Below, in pieces: positions 23,590-35,956 of a stretch of 64,000 nt of DNA. Under the pieces are notes generated by a model. It was not told the origin of the DNA. It made no database searches and saw only the letters and a program-made list of their open reading frames with translations. Source of the stretch: Squalus acanthias (Eukaryota); assembly GCA_030390025.1 (NCBI GenBank), contig CM059432.1, positions 132,372,001 through 132,436,000 of the forward strand. Reading direction: 5' to 3'. The stretch's first letter is position 1; every line of letters starts with the position of its first letter. The position numbers were made by a program, and so were the translations under genes.

Positions 23590-26570
23590 TCAGCCACGTG
23601 GAGGTGGACGAGCTACAGGGACCTGCTCACCGGGCTCCGAGTGTGCTGGCTTGAGTCGGTCAACCGACACTTTTTCGGTCCTGTCACCCACTTGCAGGGT
23701 GAAAAATTTGTCCCCAGCCTGTAGCACCTTGTAGGGCCCGTCGTATGGGGGTTGAAGGGGTCCACGGTGGGCGTCGTGCCGGACGAAAACAAACCGTGCC
23801 TGGTGCAGGCTTAGTGGGACGTGTGAGGTGGATTCGCCGTGTCGGGCAATGGGCACTGGGGCGAACTGCAGCGCCAGTGAGGCGAAGTCGTGGCGTTGCT
23901 GGTCGGCTGACCAGGGTGTCGTGGCGGTGGGCAGGAACTCGCTGGGTACGCGCAGCGGCTGACCGTACACGATTTCTGCTGCCGATGCGTGGAGGTCTTC
24001 TTTAACCGCGGTGCGCAGGCCGAGGAGGACCCACGGAAGTCGGTTGGTCCAGGCGCCGTCTTGGAGGCTGGCTCGAAGAGATGCCTTCAAGGATCTGTGG
24101 AACTGCTCACACAGTCCGTTGGCTTGGGGGTGGTACGCTGTGTCGCGGTGAATGGTCACCCCGAGATTGCGTGCGACGGCGGTCCAGAGTTCAGAGGTAA
24201 ATTGCGGACCCCTGTCCGACGTCATGTCGGAGGTGACGCCGAACCGTGCAACCCAGGTGCTGACGAAGGCTCTGGCGATGTCGGCGGTGGTGGTAGAGGT
24301 CAGTGGAATTGCCTCAGGCCAGCGTGTGGTGCGGTGAACGATGGTCAGCAAGTGCGTGTGGCCTTGCGACGGTGGCAGGGGCCTGACGATGTCCACGTGG
24401 ATGTGGTCGAATCTCCGCGAGGGGACGGTAAACTCCTCGAGGGGTGCTTTCGTGTGTTGCTGTACCTTGGCCCGTTGGCAGGCTAGGCAGGAGTTGGCCC
24501 TAGTACGCACATCCTTGCGAAGGCCGCGCCAGATGAAACGGTTGGCTACCAATTTGATGGATGCGCGGGCGCCGGGGTGGGAGAGGTTGTGGAGAATGTC
24601 GAATACCCGGCGGCGCCAGGACGCTGGGACGATGGGCCGAGGTTGACATAGGAATATGTCGCACTTGACCGTGACTGCGGTCGGGCCACAGGCGACGTCG
24701 GCCTGGCGTAGCCCTGGTAGGTTGGTGGGTGCGGAGAGCAGATCAGGGTCGGTGATCTGGTCTGCTGCGAGTTGAGCGTAGTCGACTGCCAGGTGTGCGG
24801 CGTGGATGGCGGGGCGGGAGAGGCAGTCGGCTACCACATTGTCTCGGCCAGAGACGTGTTGGATGTCCGTGGTGAACTCGGACACTGCCGCGAGCTGGCG
24901 CTGCTGCCTGGCGGACCAGGGGTCAGTTGTCTTTGCCATTGTGAATGTCAGGGGCTTGTGGTCGACAAACGCAGTGAAGGGGTGGCCCTCAAGCAAAAAC
25001 CGGAAATGGCGGACCGCCAGGAACAGCGCGAGGAGCTCGCGGTCGAAGGTGCTGTACTTGGCCTCCGGGGGGCGTAGTTGGCGGCTGAAGAAGGCAAGTG
25101 GTTGCCAGGCGCCGTCGACCCACTGCTCATACACGGCGCCGACCGCGTGGTCGGAGGCGTCCGTGGTGAGCGCTACCCTGGCATTGGGCCGTGGGTGCGC
25201 GAGCAGGGTGGCGTTGGCAAGCGCGGTCTTGGTGGAGTCGAAGGTGGCGGACGCGTCTGCCGTCCATTCGACCGCCATCTTGTCGCTCCTGCCCCGGAGG
25301 GCTTCATACAGGGGCCTCATGAGGGACGCCGCTTTGGGGATGAAGCGGTTATAGAAATTCACCATCCCGAGGAACTCCTGGAGGCCTTTGATGGTGGTGG
25401 GGCGGGGAAATTGTTGGACGGCCTGCACCTTGGTGGGCAGGGGAATGGCCCCAGCATGGGTGATGTGGTGGCCGAGGAAGTCGATCTTGTCCAGGCCGAA
25501 CTGGCATTTGGCTGGGCTGAGGATGAGCCCGTGGTCGCTGAGGCGCCCGAACAGGATGCGAAGGTGTTCGAGGTGTTTCTGCTTGGAGGAACTGGCTACC
25601 AGGATGTCGTCCAGGTAGACGAACAGGAACTTCAGGTCCCGAAGGACCGAGTCCATGAGCCGTTGGAATGCCTGGGCCGCGTTTTTGAGGCCGAAGGGCA
25701 TCCGCAGGAACTCGAACAGGCCGAAGGGGGTGATTACGGTCGTCTTGGGGACGTCCGCGGGGTGGACGGGGACTTGGTGGTAGCCGCGCACCAGGTCGAC
25801 CTTGGAAAAGACTGAGCGGCCGGCCAGTCTAGCCGAGAAGTCCTGAATGTGCGGCACGGGGTACCGATCAGGAGTGGTGGCGTCGTTGAGGCGGCGGTAA
25901 TCCCCGCAGGGGCGCCAACCTCCGCCTGGTTTGGGGGCGATGTGGAGTGGGGAGGCCCAGGGACTGTTGGAGCGGCGGATGATGCCGAGCTGTTCCATGG
26001 TGGCAAACTCGGTCCGCGTGATCTCCAGTTTGGTCGGGTCCAGCCTGCAGGCGTGGGCGTACACTGGGGAGCCTGAGGTGGGGATGAAGTGTTCCACCCC
26101 GTGTTTGGCGGCCTCCGCGGAGAAGGTCGGATTGGTAAGGGCCGGGAATTCGGCCAGGAGTGCCGAGTAGTCATCCGTGGCCTGGGCGTGGCACTGTGAC
26201 GCCATGTCGGCGGGTTGACGGGGGGCCATGGCGCCCAGGATGGGGGACATGGTGTTCATGTTCACGAGGCGGTGACGAGGGATGTCTACCAGTAGGCCGT
26301 GGGCGCACAGGAAATCTGCGCCGATGAGAGGGGAGAGCACCTTGGCAGTGATGAACTCCCATCGGTAGCGGTGACCAGTGAGGTCGAGGGTGACTGTCCG
26401 GGTGCCATACGTCCGGATTTCTGAGCCGTTAGCAGCAGCCAGCGCCGGTCCTCGTTCGCCCTTTTGGATGTCGAGGGAGGAGGCCGGGATGATGCTGTGC
26501 TGAGCCCCAGTGTCGCACAGGAACCGGCGGCCGGTTTTGTCATCCGTGACGAACAGCAGGGAGCCCTGCG
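23590..26570 (-). CDS. pol: Pol: protease-RT-RNaseH-integrase (within open frame 23590-27168)
   Basis: FLCDTGA protease, FVYLDDIL RT, TTDASDHAVGAV RNase H, H-x4-H...CLAC zinc finger, VD/SDRG/E integrase triad, PYDGPY motif. Confidence 0.95.
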
Positions 26571-27280
26571 TGGCCCACGGCCATCGCGGGGGCTGGTACG
26601 GGGGCGGACTTGAAAGAGCAGGGAGGTGTGCACCGTTGTGCCCTGGCACCGTACCGTGCGTGGTAGTAACAGTGGCCCGGGTTAGTTGGGCGTGAAGGCC
26701 CCGTGGGCCTGGTGGCAGGCCCTTGTGGCCGCGTGGTGGCTGGTGAGGGGCGCGCCCAGGCATTGGCTGCCAGGTCCGGAGTGACGTCGCGGCTGGAGTG
26801 AGCGGACAGCAGCTTGTCAGCCTCATCGGCCAGGGCTTCCAGGTTCGTAAGGCCGGACGCCACGATCGCTGGGCGGATGCTGAGAGGGAGCTGGCGGATG
26901 AACAGCGTGCGGAAGAGGGATCCGGGTGGGCTCTCGTCGGTGAGGGAGAGCATGTGGGAGAGGAGGTCTGACGGTGAGGCATCACCGAGGCCTGGAAGGT
27001 CGAGGAGGTGGCAGTTTCGCTGATATGCCGAGGCTGTAAATTTTTTAAGGAGCGCTGTCTTGAGATGTGCATACTTGCCTTCCTCTGGTGGGTTCTGCAG
27101 CGTTGTCCAAACCTTCGAAACCGTGGCGCTACCGAGTGATGTGACGAGATAGTCGTACTTCGTCCCATCTGTGGTGATGCTTCGCAGCCGGAAGCGCGAT
27201 TCAGCTTGGAGAAACCAGGCTTCGGGCTGGTTTTCCCAAAACTCCGGCAGTTTCACAGAAACTGCGTTCGTGTCTGCCAT
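26540..27280 (-). CDS. gag: Gag (246 aa) with CHCC motif
   Basis: KLPEFWENQPEAWFLQAESRF N-terminus and CYYH-x9-C-x3-C motif typical of CsRn1-clade Gag. Confidence 0.9.
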   Translation of the reverse strand: MADTNAVSVKLPEFWENQPEAWFLQAESRFRLRSITTDGTKYDYLVTSLGSATVSKVWTTLQNPPEEGKYAHLKTALLKKFTASAYQRNCHLLDLPGLGDASPSDLLSHMLSLTDESPPGSLFRTLFIRQLPLSIRPAIVASGLTNLEALADEADKLLSAHSSRDVTPDLAANAWARPSPATTRPQGPATRPTGPSRPTNPGHCYYHARYGARAQRCTPPCSFKSAPVPAPAMAVGHAGLPAVRHG

Positions 27281-27307
27281 TGCAGTGCTCGGAATACGTT
27301 CTGAGCA

Positions 27308-27319
27308 TCGGGGTCACCA
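27308..27319 (-). other. primer-binding site, tRNA-Trp
   Basis: TGGTGACCCCGA is complementary to the tRNA-Trp 3' end (UCGGGGUCACCA), 1 nt inside the 5' LTR. Confidence 0.85.
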
Positions 27320-27320
27320 A

Positions 27321-27543
27321 TGTTGAGGCTGCCGCAAAACACGAATTAAGGCTGAATCCATGTGTGGAAAACGAGAGACTTTAATGCAACTGCATGGTAC
27401 AAAATGGCTGAACAGACCCCTCCCAGAATTCCCTGGAAAAATCCTGAGGCCCCGCCCACTCCTGCCTTAAAGGGAAGGTGCATCGATATATTGTCTACGG
27501 ACGGAAAAGTGGATAATGCCCGTTTAGGTGGCGATCCGCCACA
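27321..27543 (-). repeat. 5' LTR (223 bp)
   Basis: Direct repeat of 23208-23446; followed on the minus strand by the PBS. Confidence 0.97.
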
Positions 27544-29925
27544 AACCCCCTTGCAATAAAGGCCAACATACCATTTGCCTTCCTTATTGCTTGCTGTACT
27601 TGCATGCTAGCTTTCTGTGTTTCTTGCACGTGGACACCCAGATTACTCTGAACACCAACATTTGAAAGTTTCTCACCATTTAAAAAATATTCTGTTTTTC
27701 TATGCTTCCTACCAAAGTGAATAACTTCACATTTCCCTGCATCATAGTCCATCTGCCACCTTACTGCCCACTCACTTAGTCTATCTATATCCCTTTGCAG
27801 ACTCTTTGTGTTCTCCTCACAGCTTACTGTCCCACCTAGCTTTGTATCGTCAGCAAACTGGAAACATTACACTCAGTCCCTTCATCTAGGTCATTAATAT
27901 AGATTGTAAATAGCTGAGGCCCCAACACTGATCCTTGCGGTACCCCACTAGTTACAGCCTGCCAACCTGAAAAAGATCCGTTTATCCCTACTCTCTGTTT
28001 TCTGTCCGTTAACCAATCCTCTATCCATGCTACTATATTACCCCCAACCCCATGAGCCCTAATGTTGTGTAATAACCTTTTATGTGGCACCTTATCAAAT
28101 GCCTTTTGGAAATCCAAATATACTACATCCACTGGTTCCCTTTTAACTACCCTGCTAGTTACATCCTCAAAAAACTCTATAATAGATTTGTCAAACACAA
28201 TTTTCCTTTCATAAAACCATGTTGACTCTGCCTAATCATGTTATGATTTTCTAAGTGCCCTGATACCACTTCCTTAACAATGGATTCCAGCATTTTCCTG
28301 ACAACTGATGTCAGGCTAACTGGCCTGTTGTTCCTTGTTTTTTCTCTCCCTCCTTTCTTGAATAGCAGTGTTACATTTACGACCTTCCAATCCGCTGGGA
28401 CCATTCTAGAATCTAGGGAATTTTGGAAGATCAAAACCAATGCATCCACTATCTCTTCAGCCACCTGTTTAGAACCCTAGGTTGTAGGCCATCAGGTCCA
28501 GGGGATTTGTCGGCTTTTAGTCCCATTAGTTTCTCTAGTACTTTTTCTCTACTTATATTAATTATGTTAAGTTCCTCACCCTCATTAGACCCTTGGTTCC
28601 CCACCATTTTTGGTATGCTTTTTGTGTCTTCTACTGTGAAGACAGCTACAAAATATTTGTTTACCATTTCTGCCATTTCCTTATTCCCCATAATAATTTC
28701 TCCTGTCTCAGCCTCTAAGCTCTGGAATTCCCCCCCTAAACCTCTCTGCCTCTCCGCCTCTCTCTCCTCCTTTACTTCGCTCCTGAAAACATACCTCTTT
28801 GACCGAGCTTTTGGTCACCTGTCCGAATATCTTTTTATGTGTCTCGGTGTCAAATTTTGTCTGATAACGCTCCTGTGAAGCGCCTTGGGACATTTTACTA
28901 TGCAAAAGGCACTATATAAATACAAGTTGTTGTTATTGTGGAGTGGGAATTCGGCACAAACTGCTTGCAATCAGACAGCCTATGACCAGTAGCGTGTTTT
29001 GTTTTTTTATCAATGTTCTCTCCTCCTCTTGTTTCTGTGGGCAGTGACGGCCCTGTGGTACCTCACTGAAGCAGCCATTTTCCACATGGGATTGTCAGCA
29101 GGATAACTCAATCATGGAGAGCATCACAGTAGGGTCTGATTCTGTCCAGACACACCACCCACACACACACTTTTCCGCAACAGTCTCTCGATAGCAATCA
29201 GTAATGGGAACCCTGGATGCTTCTTTCACTCTTGAGCCCAGCGGTGCTGAGGCCAATTATAGCATGTTAATTATTCCTTTGGGTTAGATCAGTTAACCTA
29301 TCATAGCTTAGACCTTCTGGCCCATGTAGCTTAGTAGGGTAGATGTTCTGATCTTAAATCCAGCAGCACCTGTGTAGAACAGGCGGGGTGGAAAATCTGC
29401 TATGTAACCGGATCTGTACCACTTTCTTGCAGAGCGCAGTTTTACAGCAGGTATTTCAGACTGGCCTTGGTGAAAACAAGCCACATCTTCATTTTAATAT
29501 TAATTTGTTTTGAAACGAAGCCAACCGCGATTTTCCATCTGCTTAGGTTGGGGTAGGACTCACTTTGCCCATTTGAAATGGACCATGAGGATTCATGAGG
29601 ATCCAAAGCTTTATTGTCTATTTCTGTTTTGTAGTACATTTTAGTACTGTTATTAATTTTTGTTGGCATTTTATTGAAAATTATTTTGCTTTTTTTTGTG
29701 AATTATTTTTTTACCGAATTTTTTTTTTTTAATAGCTCCAATCGCAGTATTTCGTGGTTGAAGTGGTGCAAGGTGAAAGGAGGCGTGCCAGGGAGTTCTG
29801 GACTGTCTATACCTGCCACTAGCCAGCATATTTGCAGGTTTGGCGCACGTACTTGGCAATGACCATGAGGAACGGGCTCCACAGCCCAGTATACTCTCAC
29901 CTACTGAGCCACGGCTGACACCCTC

Positions 29926-30322
29926 GACTCAAAAGGTTGTGGGTTCAAGTCCGACTCCAGAGACCTGAGCACAAAATCTAGACTGACACTCCAGTGCAGT
30001 ATTGAGGGAATGCTGCACTGCCGGAGGTGTTGCCTTTCGGATGCAATATTAAACCAATATTGCCCTCTGAGGTGGATGTAAACGATCCCATGGCACTATT
30101 TGAAGAAGAGCAGGTGAGTCCTGGCCAATATTTATCCCTCAGCCAACATCAAAGAACAGATGATCTGGTCATTATCACATTGCTGTTTGTGGGACCTTGC
30201 TGTGCCCAAATTGGCTGCCGCGTTTCCCTACATTACAACAATGATTACACTTCAAAAGTACTTCATTGGCTGTAAAGCGCTTTGGGACGTGTGAGACACT
30301 ATATAAATGCAAGTCTTTCTTT
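29926..30322 (+). mobile_element. SacSINE1-like DeuSINE
   Basis: tRNA B-box ggttcaagtc, Deu-like core gatcccatggcactattt..cctggccaatattt, L2-derived tail ctatataaatgcaagtctttc. Confidence 0.8.
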
Positions 30323-31082
30323 TCATTTTCGGCAATTGCAGATCTGTACCGTTTGCTGCAAGGACACTTCCTGTCAACCTGCACCATAAGAACAGCACTG
30401 CCAGTGACAGTCAAGCTCACCTCCTCCCTCAACTCCTTTGCCACCTTCTCCTGCCAAGCATACTGCACTGATGTCATTTGGGCAGGATGCCCTGGATGTC
30501 CTGCAATCCTCCAATCATCCTTGTCCTCACCTTGTGCAGCATCTCCTTCTAGATGCGGGAGGAGGGAGTTTGGGTGCCATCACCTACCCACAGACTCCAC
30601 TTCCTGGCTTCCACATTTATTTTACCAGCCTTTGGGTTTTTGCCTGACTCCTTTTGCACCCTAATCTTTGCAAAGGCTGAAACATACACAGGAAACATTT
30701 ACAGTCTTTTAAAAGTTACTTTTAACTTTTCCCTCTTGCCCTTTGCAGCCACTCATCTTTAAGTCACCATAACACTTTCATTTTAATGCAGTTTCCCCTT
30801 TGGCGAACTCCTGGTGTTAGGCCCATAAAGGACCTGGAGCTAACTGTGACTCAATAATGAAGTAACTCAATAACATCTATCCTGCTGGAAAGTGGCTATT
30901 AATGTGCTTACTGTGCAAGTGCTTTGCCAGTTTCTGTGGGCCCCATGAAGAATCGACTCTAGTAAGAATGAATGACGCTGTTACAGTGCTCATCAAGCCC
31001 TGGGAGAGCTCCCTAAACAGTAGTTTTAATGCATTAACCATGGGAATAAGAGGCAGCTGAAAGAACAGTAAGGGTATCATTA

Positions 31083-31662
31083 CTCATCTACATGCTGCCC
31101 CTCGGCAACATCATCTGAAAACACACGTCAGGTTCCACATGTACGCTGATGACATCCAGCTCTACCTCACCATCACTTCTCTCGACCCCTCTACTGTCTC
31201 TGATTTGTCACACTGCTTGACCGACATCCAGTACTGGATGAGCAGAAATTTCCTCCAATTAAATATTGGGAAGACCAAAGCCATTGTCTTCGGTCCCCAC
31301 CACAAACTCTGTTTCCTCGCCACTGACTTCATTCCTCTCCCTGGCCAATGTCTGAGGCTGAACCAGACTGTTTGCAACCTTGGCATCCTATTTGACCCTG
31401 AGCTCAGTTCCCGAACCCATGTTCTCTCCATCATCAAGACCGTCTACTTCCACCTCTGTAACACCGCCCGTCTCTGCCCCGCCTCAGCTCATCCGCTGCT
31501 GAAACCCTCATCCATGCCATTGTTATCTCCAGATTCCACTATTCCAGTGCTCTCCTGGCTGCTCTCTCACCTTGCACCCTCCGTATACTTGAGCTCAAAT
31601 TTTGTTTGATAATCGCTCCTGTGAAGCGCCCTGGGATATTTTACTACATTAAAAGCGCTATA
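31083..31662 (+). mobile_element. L2 fragment; tail resumes at 35300-35322 after the CR1 insertion
   Basis: YADDIQLY...WMSRNFLQLNIGKT; split tail gcgctata|taaatacaagttgttg. Confidence 0.85.
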
Positions 31663-34600
31663 TAAGAACATAAGAACATAAGAAATAGGAGCAGGAATAG
31701 GCCACTTGGCCCCTCGAGCCTGCTCCGCCATTCAATAAGAGCATGGCTGATCTTGGGCTCAAAGCCACTTCCCCGCCCGCTCCCCATAACCCTTCACTCC
31801 CTTATCTTGCAAAAATCTGTCTATCTCCACCTTAAATGTATTTAATGACCCAGCCTCCACAGCTCTCTGGGGCAGAGAATTCCACAGATTTACGACCCTC
31901 TGAGAGAAGAAATTCCTCCTCATCTCAGTTCTAAAAGGGCGACCCTTTATTCTAAAACTGTGCCCCTGCGTTCTAGGTTTCCCCACGAGGGGAAACATCC
32001 TCTCTGCATCTACCTTGTCGAGCTCCCTCAGTATCTTATATGTTTCGATAAGATCACCTCTCATTCTTCTAAATTCCAATGAGTATAGGCCCAGCCTGCT
32101 CAACCTTTCCTCATAAGTCAACCCCCTCATCTATGGAATTAACCTAGTGAATCATCTCTGAACTGCCTCCAATGCAAGTATATCCTTCCTTAAATAAGGA
32201 GACCAAAACTGTACGCAGTACTCAAGGTGTGGTCTCATTAATACCCTGTACAGTTGTAGCAGGACTTCCCTGTTTTTATACTCCAACCCCTTTGAAATAA
32301 AGGCCAACATTCCATTTGCCTTTTTGATTACTTGCTGTACCTGCATGCTAACTTTTTGTGTTTCATGCACAAGGACCCCCAGGTCCCTCTGAACTGTAGC
32401 ATTTTGTAATCTCTCTCCATTTAAATAATAATTTGCTTTTTTATTTTTCCTGCCAAAGTGTATAACCTCGCACTTTCCCACATTATACTCCATCAGCCAA
32501 ATGTTTGCCCACTCACTTAGCCTGTCTATATCCCTTTGCAGGTTCTTTGGGGGAAAAATTCAGTATCGCCCCGTTTGGGGCGCAATTATCGGCCGGGCGC
32601 AAAGATTAGCGCCTGGCGCTAATTATCGCCTCCGACTGCAAACTTGAATTTTATCGCCCCTGGAGGTGATTGGAGCGCTAAATCAGGCGCTACACATCTG
32701 TCTTAAGGCGCAAAGGCCGAGGAGCGAGGCGCTAACTCAGAGCGCTGGCGAAGCTCATGTGATGTCAGTCAGCAATGGAACACAGACACAATGGCCCCGG
32801 CCAGTTCTTAAAGGGGAGGGTTGATCTTGCTTTCCATCCACATCCTACTCATTGCAGCCTTGAATCTCGGCCTGGAGAGACCTGTACATCAAATCTGCTG
32901 GAAAGAACAATGGAGAGGCCCAGGGAAAGAGCTCAGAGTGCAGCCCCCACAGTCTCATCTAAATCGATACAAGGAAGGGCAAATCAAAATGAACCTGCAA
33001 AGTGCTGCTCAGTACCCAAAACTCCTTCACACAGCGTTGAATCTCTCCAGAAGTCTCTCTCTCTCTCAGAATGCGTGGTTCAAAAATGTCGCCAACCAAA
33101 AAAGGCAGGAAGCGGTCGCCTTTAAATAGCGCTCCCCCAGTCCCTTCCTGACTGCAAAATGCTCCCCTCAACCTGTCGTTGCTAGCGGCAGGTGGTAAGG
33201 CAGGGGGTGCCACTCAATATCCGCTCCGGGGCGCTACTGGGGCGTTGCGCACTCGACTGACGTCACGATCTGCCGGCGCAGGAGATCGTGGCGGTACTGT
33301 TTAGCGCCGCCGCAAAATGTCTAGTTAATTTCACGAGCGGCGCAAACATTGCCGTGCCCGGGCGCTAGTTGCTTTGCGCCCCATTAGCGCCCTCTTAAGG
33401 TGCAACCAATTAAATTTTTCCCTCTTTGAGTCCTCTGCACAACTTGCTTTCCCACCCATCTTTGTATCATCCGCAAACTTGGCTACATTACAGTCGATCC
33501 CTTCATCCAAGTCTTTAATGTAGATTGTAAATAGTTGAGGCCCCAGCACCAATCCCTGTGGCACCCCACTAGTTACCATTTGCCAACTGGAAAATGACCC
33601 ATTTATCCCGACTCTCTGCTTTCTGTTAGTTAGCCAATTCTCTATCCTGCTAATATATTACCCCCAATTCCGTGAGCTCTTATCTTATGCAGTAACCTTT
33701 TATGTGGCACCTTATCGAATGCCTTCTGGAAATCCAAATACACCACATCCACTGGTTTACCTTTGTCCACCTTGCTCGTTACCTCCTCAAATATCTCCAG
33801 CAAATTTGTTAAACATGATTTCCCTTTCATAAAACCATGCTGACTCTGCCTGACTGCATTATAATTTTCCAAATGCCCTGCTACGGCTTCCTTAATGAAG
33901 GACTCCAGCATTTTCCCAATGACAGATGTTAGGCTAACTGGTCTATAGTTTCCTGCTTTCTGTCTCTTTCCTTTCTTAAATAGGGGTGTTACATTTGCAG
34001 TTTTCCAATCCGCTGGGACCTCTCCAGAGTCCAGGGAATTTTGGTATATTGCAACCAATGCATCCACTATCTCTGCAGCCACTTCTTTTAAGACCCTGGG
34101 ATGCAGGCCATCTGGTCCAGGGGACTTGTCATCTTTTAGTCCTATTATTTTACCAAGTACTATTTCCTTAGTGATAGTGATTGTCTTTAGTTCCCCCCTC
34201 CCTGAGGCCCCTTGATTATCCATTATTGGGATGTTGTTAGTGTCTTCTACCGTGAAGACAGGTACAAAATATTTATTCAGAGTCTCTGCCATTTCCCCGT
34301 TCCCCATTATTAATTCCCCAGTCTCATCCTCTAAGGGACCAACGTTTACTTTAGCTACCCTCTTCCTTTTTATATACCTGTAGAAGCTCTTACTATCTGT
34401 TTTAATGTTTCTTGCCAGTTTACTCTCAAAATTCATCTTTTCTCTCTTTATTATTTTTTCAGTCATCCTTTGCTGGTTTTTATAAATTTCCCAATCCTCT
34501 GGTCTCCCACCAATCTTGGCAACATTGTATGCCTTCGTTTTCAATTTGATACCATCTTTTACTTCCTTAGTTAGCCACGGATGGTGCTCCTTTCTCTTAA

Positions 34601-35300
34601 AATCTTTCTTTCTCACTGGAATATATTTTTGTTGAGAGTTATGAAATATCTCCTTAAATGTCCGCCACGGCATTTCAACTGTCTTAACCTTTAATTTATT
34701 TTTCCAGTTCACTTTAGCCAGTTCTGCCCTCATGCCATTGCAATTGCCTTTGTTAAAGATCAGGACACTAGTTTGAGATACAACTTTCTCACCCTCCAAT
34801 TGAATTTGAAATTCAACCATGCTATGATCACTCTTTCCTAGAGGATCCTTTACTATGAGATCATTTATTAATTCTGTCTCATTACACAGTACCAGATCCA
34901 AGATAGCCTGCTCCCTGGTTGGTTCCATTACATACTGTTCTAGGAAACCATCCCGGATACACTCTATGAACTCCTCCTCCAGGCTACCATGGCCAATTTG
35001 ATTTGTCCAATCAATATGGAGATTAAAATCACCCATGATTATTACCGTACCTTTTTTACAGGCCTCCATTATTTGTTGATTTATACTCTGTCCAACAGTA
35101 TTGCTACTGTTCGGGGGCCTGTAGACTACACCCACCAGAGACTTTTTCCCTTTATTATTTTTTATCTCCACCCAAACCGATTCTACATCTTGATCTTCTG
35201 AGCCAAAACGACTTCTCACCACTGCACTGATCCCATCCTTTACCAACAAAGCCACCCCACCTCCCTTTCCTTTCTGTCTATCCTTCCGAATTGTCAAATA
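31663..35300 (-). mobile_element. long CR1 LINE (part of APE endonuclease plus RT), interrupted by Harbinger copy C
   Basis: ORF 33642-35309 with VVYRPP, GDFN, LDL and SDH endonuclease motifs plus RT motifs; (aagaacat)n tail. Confidence 0.95.
32549..33424 (-). mobile_element. non-autonomous Harbinger derivative (copy C), inverted near-copy of B
   Basis: TIR GGGGGAAAAATT / GAGGGAAAAATT; TSD ttt/ttt, whose removal restores the CR1 sequence. Confidence 0.92.
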
Positions 35301-35956
35301 TAAATACAAGTTGTTGTTGTTAGTGTCCCTTTACAACAATTAGGCTTAGGTGACAATTTAGATGAATACATAGAATAAATGTGATAACCTCAAACACTGA
35401 GGAAAGGCTTAACAGGACAAAGTCACAATGGAGCCTTGACAAGATCAGCTCTATTATACCTAAGACGAAACATGGGGGGAGAAATTGGGTGCCTTTGCGC
35501 CTCCCGTTAGTGCCTCCGGGGGGCGCCAACGGGGCGCTACCAGTTTTGCGACCAGGCGCGGCGCTAGTACCGACGCCCGCGAGATTGAGCTGGAGGTTTG
35601 CGGTGGCGGTACCCACTAGTGCCACGCTCTCCTGCGCCCGGAGATCATGATGTCATCTGGGTGCGCAGCGCCCCAGCTCATAAATTCACTCTCACCCCCT
35701 GCCTGAGCGCCTGCCATTAGCACAACAGGTACAGGGAGGCAGTTTACAGTCGGATGAGCACTGGAGGAGCGCTATATAAAGGGGTCAACTTCCGGGGTTT
35801 TTTTGTCGGCAAACAATGCTGCCTTGTCAGTTTGACATAAGCAGACAGGCGCTTTGACCCATTTGGCCGTTTTCAACTTGAAGGAGTACTCTGGCTGAGA
35901 AAAATTTATCACTTTCATTTGGGTTACATTTGATAGTGCAACATTTCCATCATTTA

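Larger units (their letters stand above)
23208..27543 (-). mobile_element. full-length Ty3/Gypsy LTR retrotransposon, CsRn1-type
   Basis: LTRs 27321-27543 (5') and 23208-23446 (3') with TG...CA ends; TSD aacc/aacc; PBS TGGTGACCCCGA; PPT GGGGGGAG; gag and pol ORFs. Confidence 0.97.
22599..28713 (-). mobile_element. CR1 LINE (5'-truncated) interrupted by the Gypsy element
   Basis: (aagaacat)n tail at 22600; RT ORF pieces 22665-23135 and 27544-28691; ctaag repeated at both ends. Confidence 0.92.
22465..28938 (+). mobile_element. L2 3' fragment (22465-22598 and 28714-28938) split by CR1 and Gypsy
   Basis: gggccctaag|ctctggaattcc junction of the L2 3' region; tail tatataaatacaagttgttgtt. Confidence 0.75.

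Noticed and set aside
23431..27023. Many plus-strand ORFs (up to 245 aa) within the Gypsy element
   Set aside because: Antisense shadows of a GC-rich pol with few stop codons; no recognisable motifs
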